Below are positions 12,901 to 24,900 of a stretch of 64,000 bases of DNA, piece after piece. Source of the stretch: Orbicella franksi (Eukaryota); the NCBI GenBank assembly GCA_964199315.1, contig OZ116701.1:3844001-3908000 (forward strand). Reading direction: 5' to 3'. The translations under genes and the position numbers were made by a program. How positions within the stretch are numbered: the first letter of the stretch is position 1; each line of letters starts with the position of its first letter. The notes beneath the pieces were generated by a model. The model made no database searches and was not told where the DNA came from. It worked only from the letters and a program-made list of their open reading frames with translations.

Positions 12901-15900
12901 GTTTGACACAAATCTTCCATTTTGACTGTGAAGCTCTTCTCTCAGAGTCTACATTGTTTGTGATTGTTTCTTGCTTATGCGCGAACCTCTACATTAATAA
13001 AAGAAAAGATAAAAAGAGTACCAACTTTTTGAAATGCATTTTGTAAAAAACTACAGGTATTTTTTTCAATTAACTTTAAGCATTAGGGTTGGATGACACT
13101 TAGAAACGTTTTGTTTTAAACATTCTCCTTTGTACCAACAGATTTGTTGGTAATGCAGACCTGGGGAATTATTTCCTTCTTCAGATCAGGGGTTTTATTT
13201 TAATTAAGTATTTTAGTAATATCATGGTCAAGAATAGCGCACACCATTTTTTTGTTGAAATCGTCCCAACTCAAAAGAAACTTCAGTCTGTAAAAGTCAC
13301 CTTCTTGCTTTTATCTTGTGCCACTGACAATGTTTGATTTGTTAAAATCTGACGTTTTGTTGTAGGTGTACCCTAATGTGTCAGATAATCGCCAGGCAGC
13401 CCTTCCTCCAGGCTCATTCTTAACTTGTTCAGCTGATGATACTGTTAGAGTGTGGAACATTGAAGAAGGTGAGAACTAGTACATTTAGCAGGATCAGTCT
13501 AAGGGACGTTTCCACAAATGTAAAGACATTAGATATCAGAAGTTTGGTGATTGTACCTTGAATCCCTGTCGGTTCAAATCCAAGTGTTTTCTTTTGCATT
13601 CTAATGTGTTGTGTCTTTTCCAGGAACAAGTATCTTATTTGAGAGGAATGTTTACAGCAAGGTAGGTTGAGTCAATGTACAACACCACCACTCAAAAAAG
13701 TCTTCATCTTTTTTTCTTGCTCCTTGTTTAATGACCAAATGTTGTTTCTTTCACTACACGCTTTGCTTCTGGTGAAAATCATAGAACTGGTATTAATAGA
13801 ACGTTCTTCTCGCAAGACGCCAGTGTTGGTGTATTTCTTTCCAAAACCTACTCACTTAGGCCTCGCTGTGCAATGTTTTCATGAAGTTGCTGAGTTAACA
13901 CGTAGTTTACCTGTTATCAGTCATTATGATCAGGCAGATCTCAAGAAATTGTTCTTGCTTGTGGTAAACTTACAGGAGATGATGAGAGTATTGTATATGG
14001 AAGATGCAGTAGCCAACTTGAAAGATACTGACATCAGTCCAGGTAAGTTGATAACTCTTTTTCAAACAACAAACTTCCAAGTAAACTCCTTTAAACCGTT
14101 ACCTTCCTGTTCAGTTCCATAACAACTATTTCCTTTTAGAGAGCATGAGGGTGAACCGTGCGGCCTAAGACAGAGCAAAAAAAAAAAAAAATGTAGGACA
14201 AAAAATGTACTTTGTCCCAAGCTTTCACATGCCTCATTGCACACTCGAAAGGGAAGAGTTTGCTATGCATGTTTCTAAAAAAATATCGATGCCCTTTTTC
14301 TTCACTGCTTCCTCCCTCTCGGAAATCTTCATTTAGTGATTTGTATTTTTTTTTTTCTCACAAGCCATAAAGAACATGCGTGATTCCACCGGTGACACAC
14401 GGAATGCTGGGGTGAGATGTATTCGTATTAGTCCGGATGGACAGGCACTGGCTACTGGAGACAGATCAGGGAATGTCAGGTTTGTATTTCAAAAGAAAAC
14501 ACATTTCACAATTTGTTTTCCGCTGGGTGGACAGACCTAACATAGACTGTTACTCACCGACCTGCCTCTTACAGTGTAATCATCCGAACCCCGGGTCCGA
14601 ACCAGCAGATATTTGTTTTCATCCCCCATGGTTACGCATTCTTGCCCTGCTGCGAAATTCTATGCTAATTTCTTCGCCGTACAGAGATCCGTATAGTCTC
14701 TAATTGGTTGTTAATTGCGCGCGAAAATTCAAAACCTGGAAACTACTAATCAGAAGCATGGCACGGATCTCTATAAATCTACGTCATCAGAATGAAATTT
14801 GTCGGGTCCAGTCCCAGACGTCTATTTTACCGAGGACAAATTTCAAGATATTCCTACTCACCTGGGAGGCTTTCTTTTACCACAAAGTCAGTTTCTCAGT
14901 ATTGCTTATAAATGTTCTTTTCAGGGTGTATGACTTGATGTTCTTTGATGAGACTGCAAAAATTGAGGCACACGAGTCAGAAGTGTTATGTGTAGAGTTT
15001 TCACCCACAGACTCGGGTATGGAATGGAAGTTTGTAAATGTTTTCCAGTGTTACAGTAACTCAAGGTTTGATTATTTGTCAGATTCTGTTTTGAGCAATT
15101 TTCAATCGAGTGACGTGACATTTGTCACTCTGGCCAATCACAAAGGATACTGGTAATCTAATGAACCAATCAAAACTCAAAGCAAATACGTGTAGCTGGC
15201 GTGAAGCGCGGGAAAACATGTGCGAGCGAGTCATTATTGGTTTTGGTTTTTGCTTGTGATTGGTTGAGAAAATTGTGCGAGATTTTTACAACAAATCTCT
15301 AGGCGTAGTAAACAAAACCAAAGCAAATAAATAGTGCTTTTGATACTCAAATGAAAACCGCTCTATGTTTACATTTTGTTAATCCTTTCTCCTTGTAGGT
15401 CATAAATTACTTGCATCAGCCGGGCGAGATCGACTTATTCACGTCTTTGATATGATGAATAACTTCGTTCTTGTTCAGACATTGGATGATCATTCAGCGT
15501 CAATAACCTCCATCAGGTTCAACAGTAAGTAAATCTATGTTTTGTAACGTTTTGCTAACCACACTGGAGTACAGTGTATGTTCATTATGTATGTTTCGTG
15601 TTAACGTTAGAAGTATTTTAGGCGTGCTTGCAGGTATGATGAATCCGTAGGGGCTAATAGGCCATTTAAGATTTTGTAAGTTATAAAAGAGCCACTCGAA
15701 GGCATCTCTTTCAACTTTACTTTTTATTTTTTCTGTTTATTCACTGCTGTATTTTCTTTATGATAATGTAACGCTCGCTGTAATCTGCCTCAATAAACCA
15801 GATGCCCGCTCCTGATGCTGTGTTTATTAATTAAGATTAGTTACAAAATAATTTATTATCGTTTCAGGGTGATTAGAGTGTAACATTCACTTTACACAAA

Positions 15901-18900
15901 GAAAAGCCTTGTTTAGCTTTAGAACCCTCGTGCTGAAATCTTGGCATTTTTGTTTTCAGTGTCTGAATCTGATGAATTACAGCTTTTGAGTTGTGGAGCG
16001 GACAAGTCTATTATATTCAGAACAGCTCAACAGGTATGAGGGCAATTTTAATTATAGAGGGAAACAAGGGGGTCAGAAGTTCTCGCTACCTGAAGTTCTT
16101 CATTCTTTCTGAGATCACTTGATGAAACAACTTCGTACATGTAGCTGTAAGAATCAAAGAAACTGTTGGTAAAAGAATATAAAATACGTTAAAGATATGA
16201 GAACGGCTCGTAACGAATAACGATTTTCATTCCATTTAGACCCCGTCCACCTTAGCACCCTAGATCGGAGGAATTTGAAAACGGAGGCTGGGGCAAACGT
16301 CCACACTAATCCGTCACGAAAACGGAGCTTTTCTAAGACGCTCTTCAAACCGGAGGAATTTGAAAACACCGGCTTTGCGTTTTCGTGTGGATGGAAAACA
16401 TTTTGAAAATGAAGCTTTTCGAAAATGGTGACATCACGATAATCACGTGACTCCCCGGCAGGAATTTTCCTCAAACACAAATGCAAAATGACCGGTGATT
16501 GTTGCGTTTTCAAATTCCTCCTATGATACAGACTAGAAAGCACCGTTAATTAATTAATTGGAATTTTACTTCTTTCTTTTGCTTCCCGCCCTTTTGTGTC
16601 TGGAACCCTCCTTGCCTTCTTTTTTCCAAGTAAACCTTATGGTAATTTTCTTTAACGCAATTTCTTTTAGATTCCATATCTAATCTTGATGTCGTTTTTA
16701 AATTCTTGGATTTTGCAGAACCCAGAATTTCAGTTTGTTAGGACCACAAATTACGTCGGGAAAACAACACTGTATGACATGGATATTGATCCGTCGGGGT
16801 AAGTATTTTCTAATTGCATTTTCTTGCAATGATCTTACTGCAGCCAGCTATGATTCACTTCTTTTTACGTGACGCAAGATTGGTGATTCTCCGTGATGCG
16901 TGTTTGGTACCCCCCACTCCCTAAGCCACCCTCTGCTATGGGTGGAGTTTTTGCATGTAATTAAATGAAACACGAACAGCTTAACGTCTATAACCGTTTT
17001 TTTGCTTTATTTTTTTTTCGTTAGAAAACTTGCGGCGACTGCTTGTCAGGACAGAAATGTCAGGTATCCAGGAGCTGAGTTTAACAGTTGTTTTCCACTC
17101 ATATGACAGTAATTGTATCTGCAATTTGACAAAGTAGATCAATGAAACTAACGCAAAATCTATGAAAGAACAAAGAAGAGAAGTGAGTAAAGTGTTTTCC
17201 ACTTACAAGTGATCATGTTATCATTTTGGATTTGTTTTGCTTCAAGGGTTTATGATGTAAACAGCGGAAAGCAAACAAGAAACTACAAAGGCACACCGGG
17301 AGATGACGGAACATTAGTAAGGGTATGTAACTCGGCTGAATTTCATCAAAGGGCGATGTGATGTAACAAGTCATGTTTTAAGGGTACAATATTACCTTCC
17401 AAGAGAAACACACTTGATAATGTGAGAACACCAAGGAAGTCAAGACTGGGGAGGATTGAGACGGTCTACGACTAAACAAAAGCTTGAAAAATGTCGGGAA
17501 AGTTGTTAAAGATGTCATCTGTGAAGACTTAGTCTCTGTTCATCTGTGAACATAGGGTGTAAAAAGTTATGTTCACGTTGTCGTGGAATTATCAGCTTTG
17601 CTCCAAGAGTCGTTGTACATGCTTACTCTCACTATGTACAGCAGAAACAAGCACTTCTAAATCAAATTAAATTATATCTAGGATGCATAAGATTAATATT
17701 CACGTTATGATAAGATTTGTCGACCCATATTAACCCAAAACTTGGGGATAACAAAATGTTTGCACGAAACCAATTCGTCCCGATATTTGAAAATCTGTTG
17801 AGCTTCTTTGAGCTTCTAGCCCAAAGATAAGGAAATCTTTGGGCTAACAGATCGTAGCGTGTAGTAACTCGGTTTGTGCTGATGTGCTGTTAAATTTTGT
17901 TGACACGAAGCATGCTAACTGGTTTGTTTGTCCTGCTAGATAACTCTGGACTCGTCAGGAACATACGCAGCCACAAGCTGTTCAGATAAGAGTGTGTGTC
18001 TGACAGAGTTTGACTCTGGTGAATGTGTCGCCAGCATGTCCGGTCATTCTGGTAAGTGTAAAGTAGAAGATTTAAGCCAAACAATGCAAGCATTCACAGC
18101 TACTTTTACAGCGACGAAAAGTTCAATAAACCAATCAAATCTGACGCGAAGCCATTTCAAGCGCGGGAAATCGTTCTTGAAATCGGTGTTGAACGCGCGA
18201 AAACGTGCAACCGTCAACCGGTGATAACCAGAGGAAGACGTGACTGAAACCGGTTTAACGCGGAATAACGTGTCACCCGATGGAAGCGCGAAAAAAGCGC
18301 GGGAAAATGGGCGAACATTGAAACGCGCGTGTCAGCCAAATCGCGTTTACACGTCACTGTTTTTTTAACCCGCGGCAATCGCTTAACATTTAGTAGACAC
18401 GAAGCTCATTAGTGTTTTTGTTAAGGCTTATGGTTATTCGCCCGTCACTATTCATTGAAAAGGAATTTTGTTTACAGAGGTGGTGACTGGCTTGAAGTTT
18501 TCTGTTGATTGCAAGAATCTTATTTCTGTTGGAGGGGATGGGTGAGTGATGATACAGAGTACTGAATAAACACACGTTTAGCAATAGTACGTGTAGATGG
18601 AGAGAAGAACAATTTAAGTGTTTTCTTAGTTCTTTTCATGTCTTTTTGTCTGCTAATTTTATTAATTTTAAAATTAATTAATTTTATTAAGAAAATGTAT
18701 GGCATTCATGTTTTTTCTTTGTTTGCAGATGCATCTTTTTGTGGAAAATACCTACAACATATATGCAGGTAACAGGTTTATTGACTTACTACGACTTTGT
18801 TTAATATTGTTTTTAGCCAAACTCCCTGAGCTGTTTTATAGGAATCGAAAACTCTTCATCATATCCTATCCAATGTGGTTATAATGTTAGCAAATTTCGT

Positions 18901-21900
18901 TGCTATCTAATTTTGCACTTAGAATGCAAAGCTTCTATTGGTTGCATGATAGAGTTGAGACATTGGTCCATTGCTGATCATATACTTCTGCTTTCTTGTC
19001 AGAATATGGTGGAGAAACTTCAGGGACTTGGACAAGAACCAGACAACAAAATCCAGTTTGGAACTCCTATCAGGTATTATTTTTAGTTGGCCTGACCAGT
19101 TTCTCAAACCTCCAGAGATAAGTCAAAAAAGACAAAGTAATTCCACAGTGATGAATTACTGTAATTCTGCAAACATCCGTGTGTTGGACACCATTACGAG
19201 ATTCCTTGCGTCGAAATGACACTTGATGTTCTTAGTCTATTCATTATAGCTTCCTTGCGGGGATACATATTTTATTGTAGCGTTCAAGTCTTGTCGAGAG
19301 GATCAATCTCCTGCTGTTGCCTGGCTTGTCGATCTCCTGAGAGGAGCTATTACTAACAGTTTTTTTTTTTCTCATATTGTAACGATTGTTTTTATTTGTT
19401 TAACATCAGGCGCGAGACATACCAAATGACTCATCCATCCATAATTGAATCACCAGAGGAGAACGACTTTGTCCCAGCAGAACCTTCGGCATTTACCAGG
19501 CCAACTAGAGGTATATATAGCTCGTATCTAGCTCAGTCGTGAGTTACAGTAACCGAGGTCAAAAGAAGATTGCGTGCGGTCCCTCATTTCATTGTTGTTT
19601 TACTTTGCACTTTTCTTTTTTTTTCTCTGATATCCTAGAGCCCAGTCCCCCAGTCAAAGATTACCGATTTAGCGTGGGTCAGTTGCCTGCCTGGGCGAAA
19701 AAGCAGGTGGGTTATTTTAATAAACACAAAATGTCTTTACACTTCTCCATCCTTTTCTTACAGAATTATTTGGAAATATATAACTTGTTAATTGTGCTTG
19801 AATTTCAAAGGTAATCACACACCTTTTGTAAACAAGATTGTAACATTTTGGTAAAAGCTTCGTTTATTCCGTTTTAGCTGGTCGCCGAAGGAAATGAAAA
19901 AACTAGTTTATCGCCAGAGCAGGATAACACTGGTCCAATAAGTCAACCTGGAGGGCGCTGGGCACAGGTGAGCTACTTACCCACCCCTCCCTAGTGCTGG
20001 TTCTTAGTTCTTCAGATGTGGAATTGTCTTAGATAGGGGTTCAAGTGTTATAATATACGCGGCTTCCCACATTTACATATGTGCACTGTTTGCTCGAAGG
20101 TGATTGAAGTTTGCGTCTTTTAACTGTTTTCGGTTGAAGTTGCCATTAGAACAAAAGTAATTGCAACTTGGCGTACTCGCGTTTGTCCTCCCTTGGCGCA
20201 CGTGGAATTTATTTATCTTGAGTTCTGACTTGTTGCTTTTTCAGTAGCTACTACAACACCGCTGTGATAAATTATTCTAATGCACCTTTTTGACGACATC
20301 ATGCAGTTACAACATTGTTTCGTTTTTTTTTTTTATAAGAAACCACTTTCATAGATCAATTTACCATGCCGAATTTAGAAAATATGCGAAGCGTCATACG
20401 AATCCCTTGCAAACTCATAAAAACATGGACCCCCGAACTTGCCAATTTTTTTTTTTTTTTTACCAACAAATGTATTTCGAAATTTCGGAACAAAAACAGA
20501 TTGCAAACTCATTACCAAGTGCTCCCAACCGGAAAAAAAACCCCTCCATTTTTTCCCAGAGAGTGTTTGTTTCTATTGAAACCTTTTTTTCCTTTTTTGC
20601 AGCGAGTCCAAAATGGCGGTATTCATGTGGCTGGTGATAATGGCACGATACAACCAATTCCATTCTCATTTGAACCAGCAGGTAAAAACAAAATGCAACA
20701 ATCAAATTGTTGTTGACTTAATAAGGAACAGAGCCATCTCCAAGTAGTGATTAAACACGCCTTTTCATAACTGTTGCTTAGCAATGCAGAAAATATCAGA
20801 TGAAGAGGAAAGGTCAGTTCATAAAAATAATCAGAACTGAACTTCTACTTTTTACACAAATCAACCGAAAAACTGTAGTTTGCTTTGCAGCTTTTGGTCC
20901 CAACTGGCGACAGATAGAACTGTTGTGTGAAGAAAACATGTTCTCTTGTTTTTGAATCGTGTACTCTTTTTGCAGATCGGAAGCGCTATACAATAGAACC
21001 CATCTCACTGCAGGAACAAGTCAGAGCTCTGGCAAACAGCGTATGTAATTGATTCGTTTTAATTTAATGTTAAGTCCTGCTCATGCGACCGTTAGCTTTT
21101 TTCATCACATGTTTGGATTCAAAACCTTTTGCAGTTTGTCCAACTCTTTTCTTACTGATATTTTTTGTTTGTTCTTTGTTATTTTGCAGCCTCTCGAGAG
21201 ACGTTGCTCACTTACACGAGGGGTAAGAAAGAGATAGTGATCTACTTGGCTTGAATTTCTTTTGTCCAGTAAACTCTAGAACCTTGTGAAAACACCTTGT
21301 GGAGACGCGACTGAATTTTGAGTCCCGCGCTTTAAACGAACGTTATTCTTGATCCCAGCGAACAAAGTTTCTCGGAAAGAAATAGGCTTGAAATAAAACT
21401 GCCATTTGGTAAAGCGCATTCGCGTGAAACTCTAGCTATTGAACAGCTACAGTCTGCCGATTGAGGCAGCTTTTCAGATTACAGGAATGAAGCAATGTTG
21501 TTATCGGGGAGCAGGGATGAGGCAGTATTGAGAGCGCTCGCCTCCCAGCAATGTGGCCCGGGTTGGATTCCGGCCCGGTGTCATATGTGGGTTGAGTTTT
21601 TTGTTTGTTCACGCCTCGCTCCGAAGGTTTTTCTCCGGTTTTCCTCCATCCGCAAAAACCAACATCTCTAAATTCCAAATGAACCACGGCAGAGGACCTG
21701 CATTAAAACCAGCTAAGGCTGCTGTGACTTCCTCTCTAAATGTTGTAATTTATTTATGTATATGTGGATTGAGCTCTCATTAATTTCGCAGGAAGATGAT
21801 GATCTGTTTCCCGCGGATGGTCGAGCAGCTTTGGATAAACTGAGCGAGGAGGAAGATTATAATGAGGTTAGTATCTTTACAGTTAAAAAAAAAACGTGGT

Positions 21901-24900
21901 AGCCGTAGAAAGCTCAAGTCACATGACCAAACAATTAACACACCAAAAAGTTACCTGACCAATTTCAGGAGGAGTAAGAAAGTTTGATTGCTTTTGCTTG
22001 TAAGGAAAATTTGAAATCTGCCCGGGCATTTTGTGTCAACTCTAGGCTAAGTAAGGTTAACATCGTGTTGAGGGCGTACCTTTCCTGCCTTACAGGGAAC
22101 CGCTCCACCTGGTGTCACCGTGTCACGTGGCAGTGACGTCATGGCGCAGGTCTCACGGAAAAGTAGTGTTGTGATGTCAGAAGCCGGAGAGCTCAAATTC
22201 GAGGAAGCTGAGGAGCTGGACGAGGGAGAAATGAAAGAAGTGATTATCTACCTTCCTCCAAGCCAGGATGACTTCGACAGTGAAGTTGCCAGGTCAGAAA
22301 AATATCCTTTTTATGTCCCTAATGAGGTCCTTCATCCATGTGGTGCTGGGGCAAGTTGCGTCCTTAAGGACCTACCCCAAGACGTAGGAGTGGAAATGAG
22401 GCCGGCCTGTTACGACTCCAAGAGCCCTTTGTATGCCTATTCGATGCGAGAGTTAGGTTGCAAGGTCGAAAAACGGTCCTTGTTGAATGAGATCTTACTC
22501 AGAGCTCTTCGGGAAATGGAGCCAAGTGTAGGGTCCTTTTCAGACGGCCATGTTATTAAAAGCTTTTATCCAAGGAAAGGAAAGGTTCCCTCGACTAAGC
22601 TTTTCAGCGTTTTAGCGCCTTCTGGACAAGACAAAAAGTTAAATTCCAAACAATTAAATGAAAGTGTTTGTGCAAAGTCATGCTTAAATGAAGTGACTAA
22701 CTCTAACTTAAACCCAACCGTTACTAAAACATGCTTTAAATTGAATTCTTCTACTGTTGATAATATAAAGTTTGAACGCTGTAAAGTCGAGATTAAAAAC
22801 CTATCGGAAAACAAGAATGGTCCTGGCAACAGAAATTCTAACGTCTCCAAACATTCAGAGAGAAGTCTTTGGTTTAATGGCTTATTTAACAAGAAGGTGA
22901 CTTTTGGTGGTCTTGTCTTTATTAGTCTCAGTTTACTTGGGTATTACAACATTACGGGGATACAGTAATTAGATGAAAATGATAAATTAGCCCTCGCCTT
23001 AAACATAAGATTAAATGTTAAAAGGTTACAGTCATTGCACTGCTGTCAGCCACAAAAACATTTTTTTTTAACTTTCCGTTGGCTTTTTATTGGTTTTCTT
23101 GTAAAATTCCCAGTCAATCAAAATTCCAGCAGTGGCACACGCAATTTCTGAGCACGTGAGTTGCACGTGAGTACTTTGTCTTCACCTTCCCTCCCCCCCC
23201 CCCACCCCCCCCCCTCCCTCCTCCCGTCGCGACACTAAAGTTGGATATTGATTGGCTGGGCAATTAGGAAACCAGCAAAAAAAATGTGGAAAAGTTGTAA
23301 AAAAAACCTAACCAACTCTGCAGGGAACGGTTTGAATATTTAAACAACTTCTTGAAATATTAATTAAGCTCTGTAAAAGAAACTTGAATCGGGTCTACTT
23401 AAACTGAAACAATTGGTGTTTATTATTAGTCTATTCTCTGACGCATGAGTCTAACTTTAAATTCTGCGGATGAAACCCTGTTGGTGTGGTCATTACTTTC
23501 ATGTTATGTGGTTTGTCTTTCTAAATTTTGCAAAAGGAAATTAGGGTTTTTTCAATTGTAAACTTTTTCACTCTTGAAAATAAAAGTGAGATTTTACTTT
23601 GCATGGTTATTGTTTTGCCGACATGTTAATTTCAACTTAACTAGAAATAAACACATAGATAAAAAGCTATTTTCGAACTTGTTATGAATAAGGTTTAAAG
23701 TTAGTTCTATTTTAAAATATAAAAAAAGTATTTATATATATAAAAAAAATTATGTTGTTATCTCGAGAGCTAGTCAGAGTTTTTTTGAGAACTTAAACCA
23801 GTATATTTTAAATTTGAAAGTGTAGCAATTCTATTATTTTATGAAGAAATAAATTTTTAAACATGTACTCGATTTCACTTTTGTTTTTAACTTTCAGCTC
23901 TTCTTAACTGAATCGATTGTTTGGTAACAAATAATGTAAGAATGTAAATACTTCGTTTTTGTCTTATGATGTAAAATTATATGCAAGGGTAAAAAGTACC
24001 AAAAGTTAAATCTAAACTTTATTTAACTCTTAAAACCTTAAAAATAATGTTGGATCTGGAGTAAAATGACTAAATGAATAATAATTTTTTTTAAATGTTT
24101 TAATCATGAACACTGACCGCCCAAATAGTAATTATTAAACTCTTACTTGATTGAATTTTAACAAAGTACTTGTACTTAGGGCGTTTTTCTGGTGACATTC
24201 ATAAAATTAATTCCGAAGTAATCACAGAATGAACATTACGGCGGGAAATTTCAATAATCCATATAACACGTGACTGGCTGCTAACGCGAGTGGCGGCAAG
24301 CGCGGGAAAGTTAACGGGTGCAAAGCGCGGGAAACGTAGTGGAAGCTATTATTGATTTAATGGTATTCTTTTTTGGCTGAAAAGGCCATGAAAGGCAGAA
24401 CCTTTGCTGTTGTAGGCTCGAGTACAGTGCGCGACTTTCGTAACTTCAATTCGAATTCACTTGAAAACGCTCTAAACTATGTTTATCTTAAACGTGTGCA
24501 ACACTTTAAACTTCGTTGCAGTCCCTATAACTTAAAAGTTCTTAATATGACATAAAGTCGCATGATAAGTGAGATTAAAATTAATTTAGAGTTAATATCG
24601 TAATATGAATTGTTTCATTACACAGTTCTAACAACAGACCTTCCAGAGGCCATTTCAAGTATATGGCAATTTTCAAGAAGTCTCAAAAAGCTAAGTAAGT
24701 TCTAACAAAAACAAAAAAAATGCGCCATCGTTCATCATGGCCGCCGCAAAATCATCTTCATAACATTCCATATCTTTTTACCAATAATTTTCTAACATTT
24801 CCGAGTAACAAGCCCTAATCCGTGGTCTTTGCTTTATTACAACAGTCCCCCCACTCTCCCCTCCCATTTTATTGCATTTAACAATTAATGTAACTAACAC

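Noticed and set aside
16154-16543. 129-aa minus-strand ORF, and the similar 58421-58642 ORF
   Set aside because: Both are translations of the same non-coding MITE family.
17064-17072. U12-type intron donor (GTATCC…)
   Set aside because: It reads GTATCCAGG rather than GTATCCTT; an ordinary U2 intron is sufficient.
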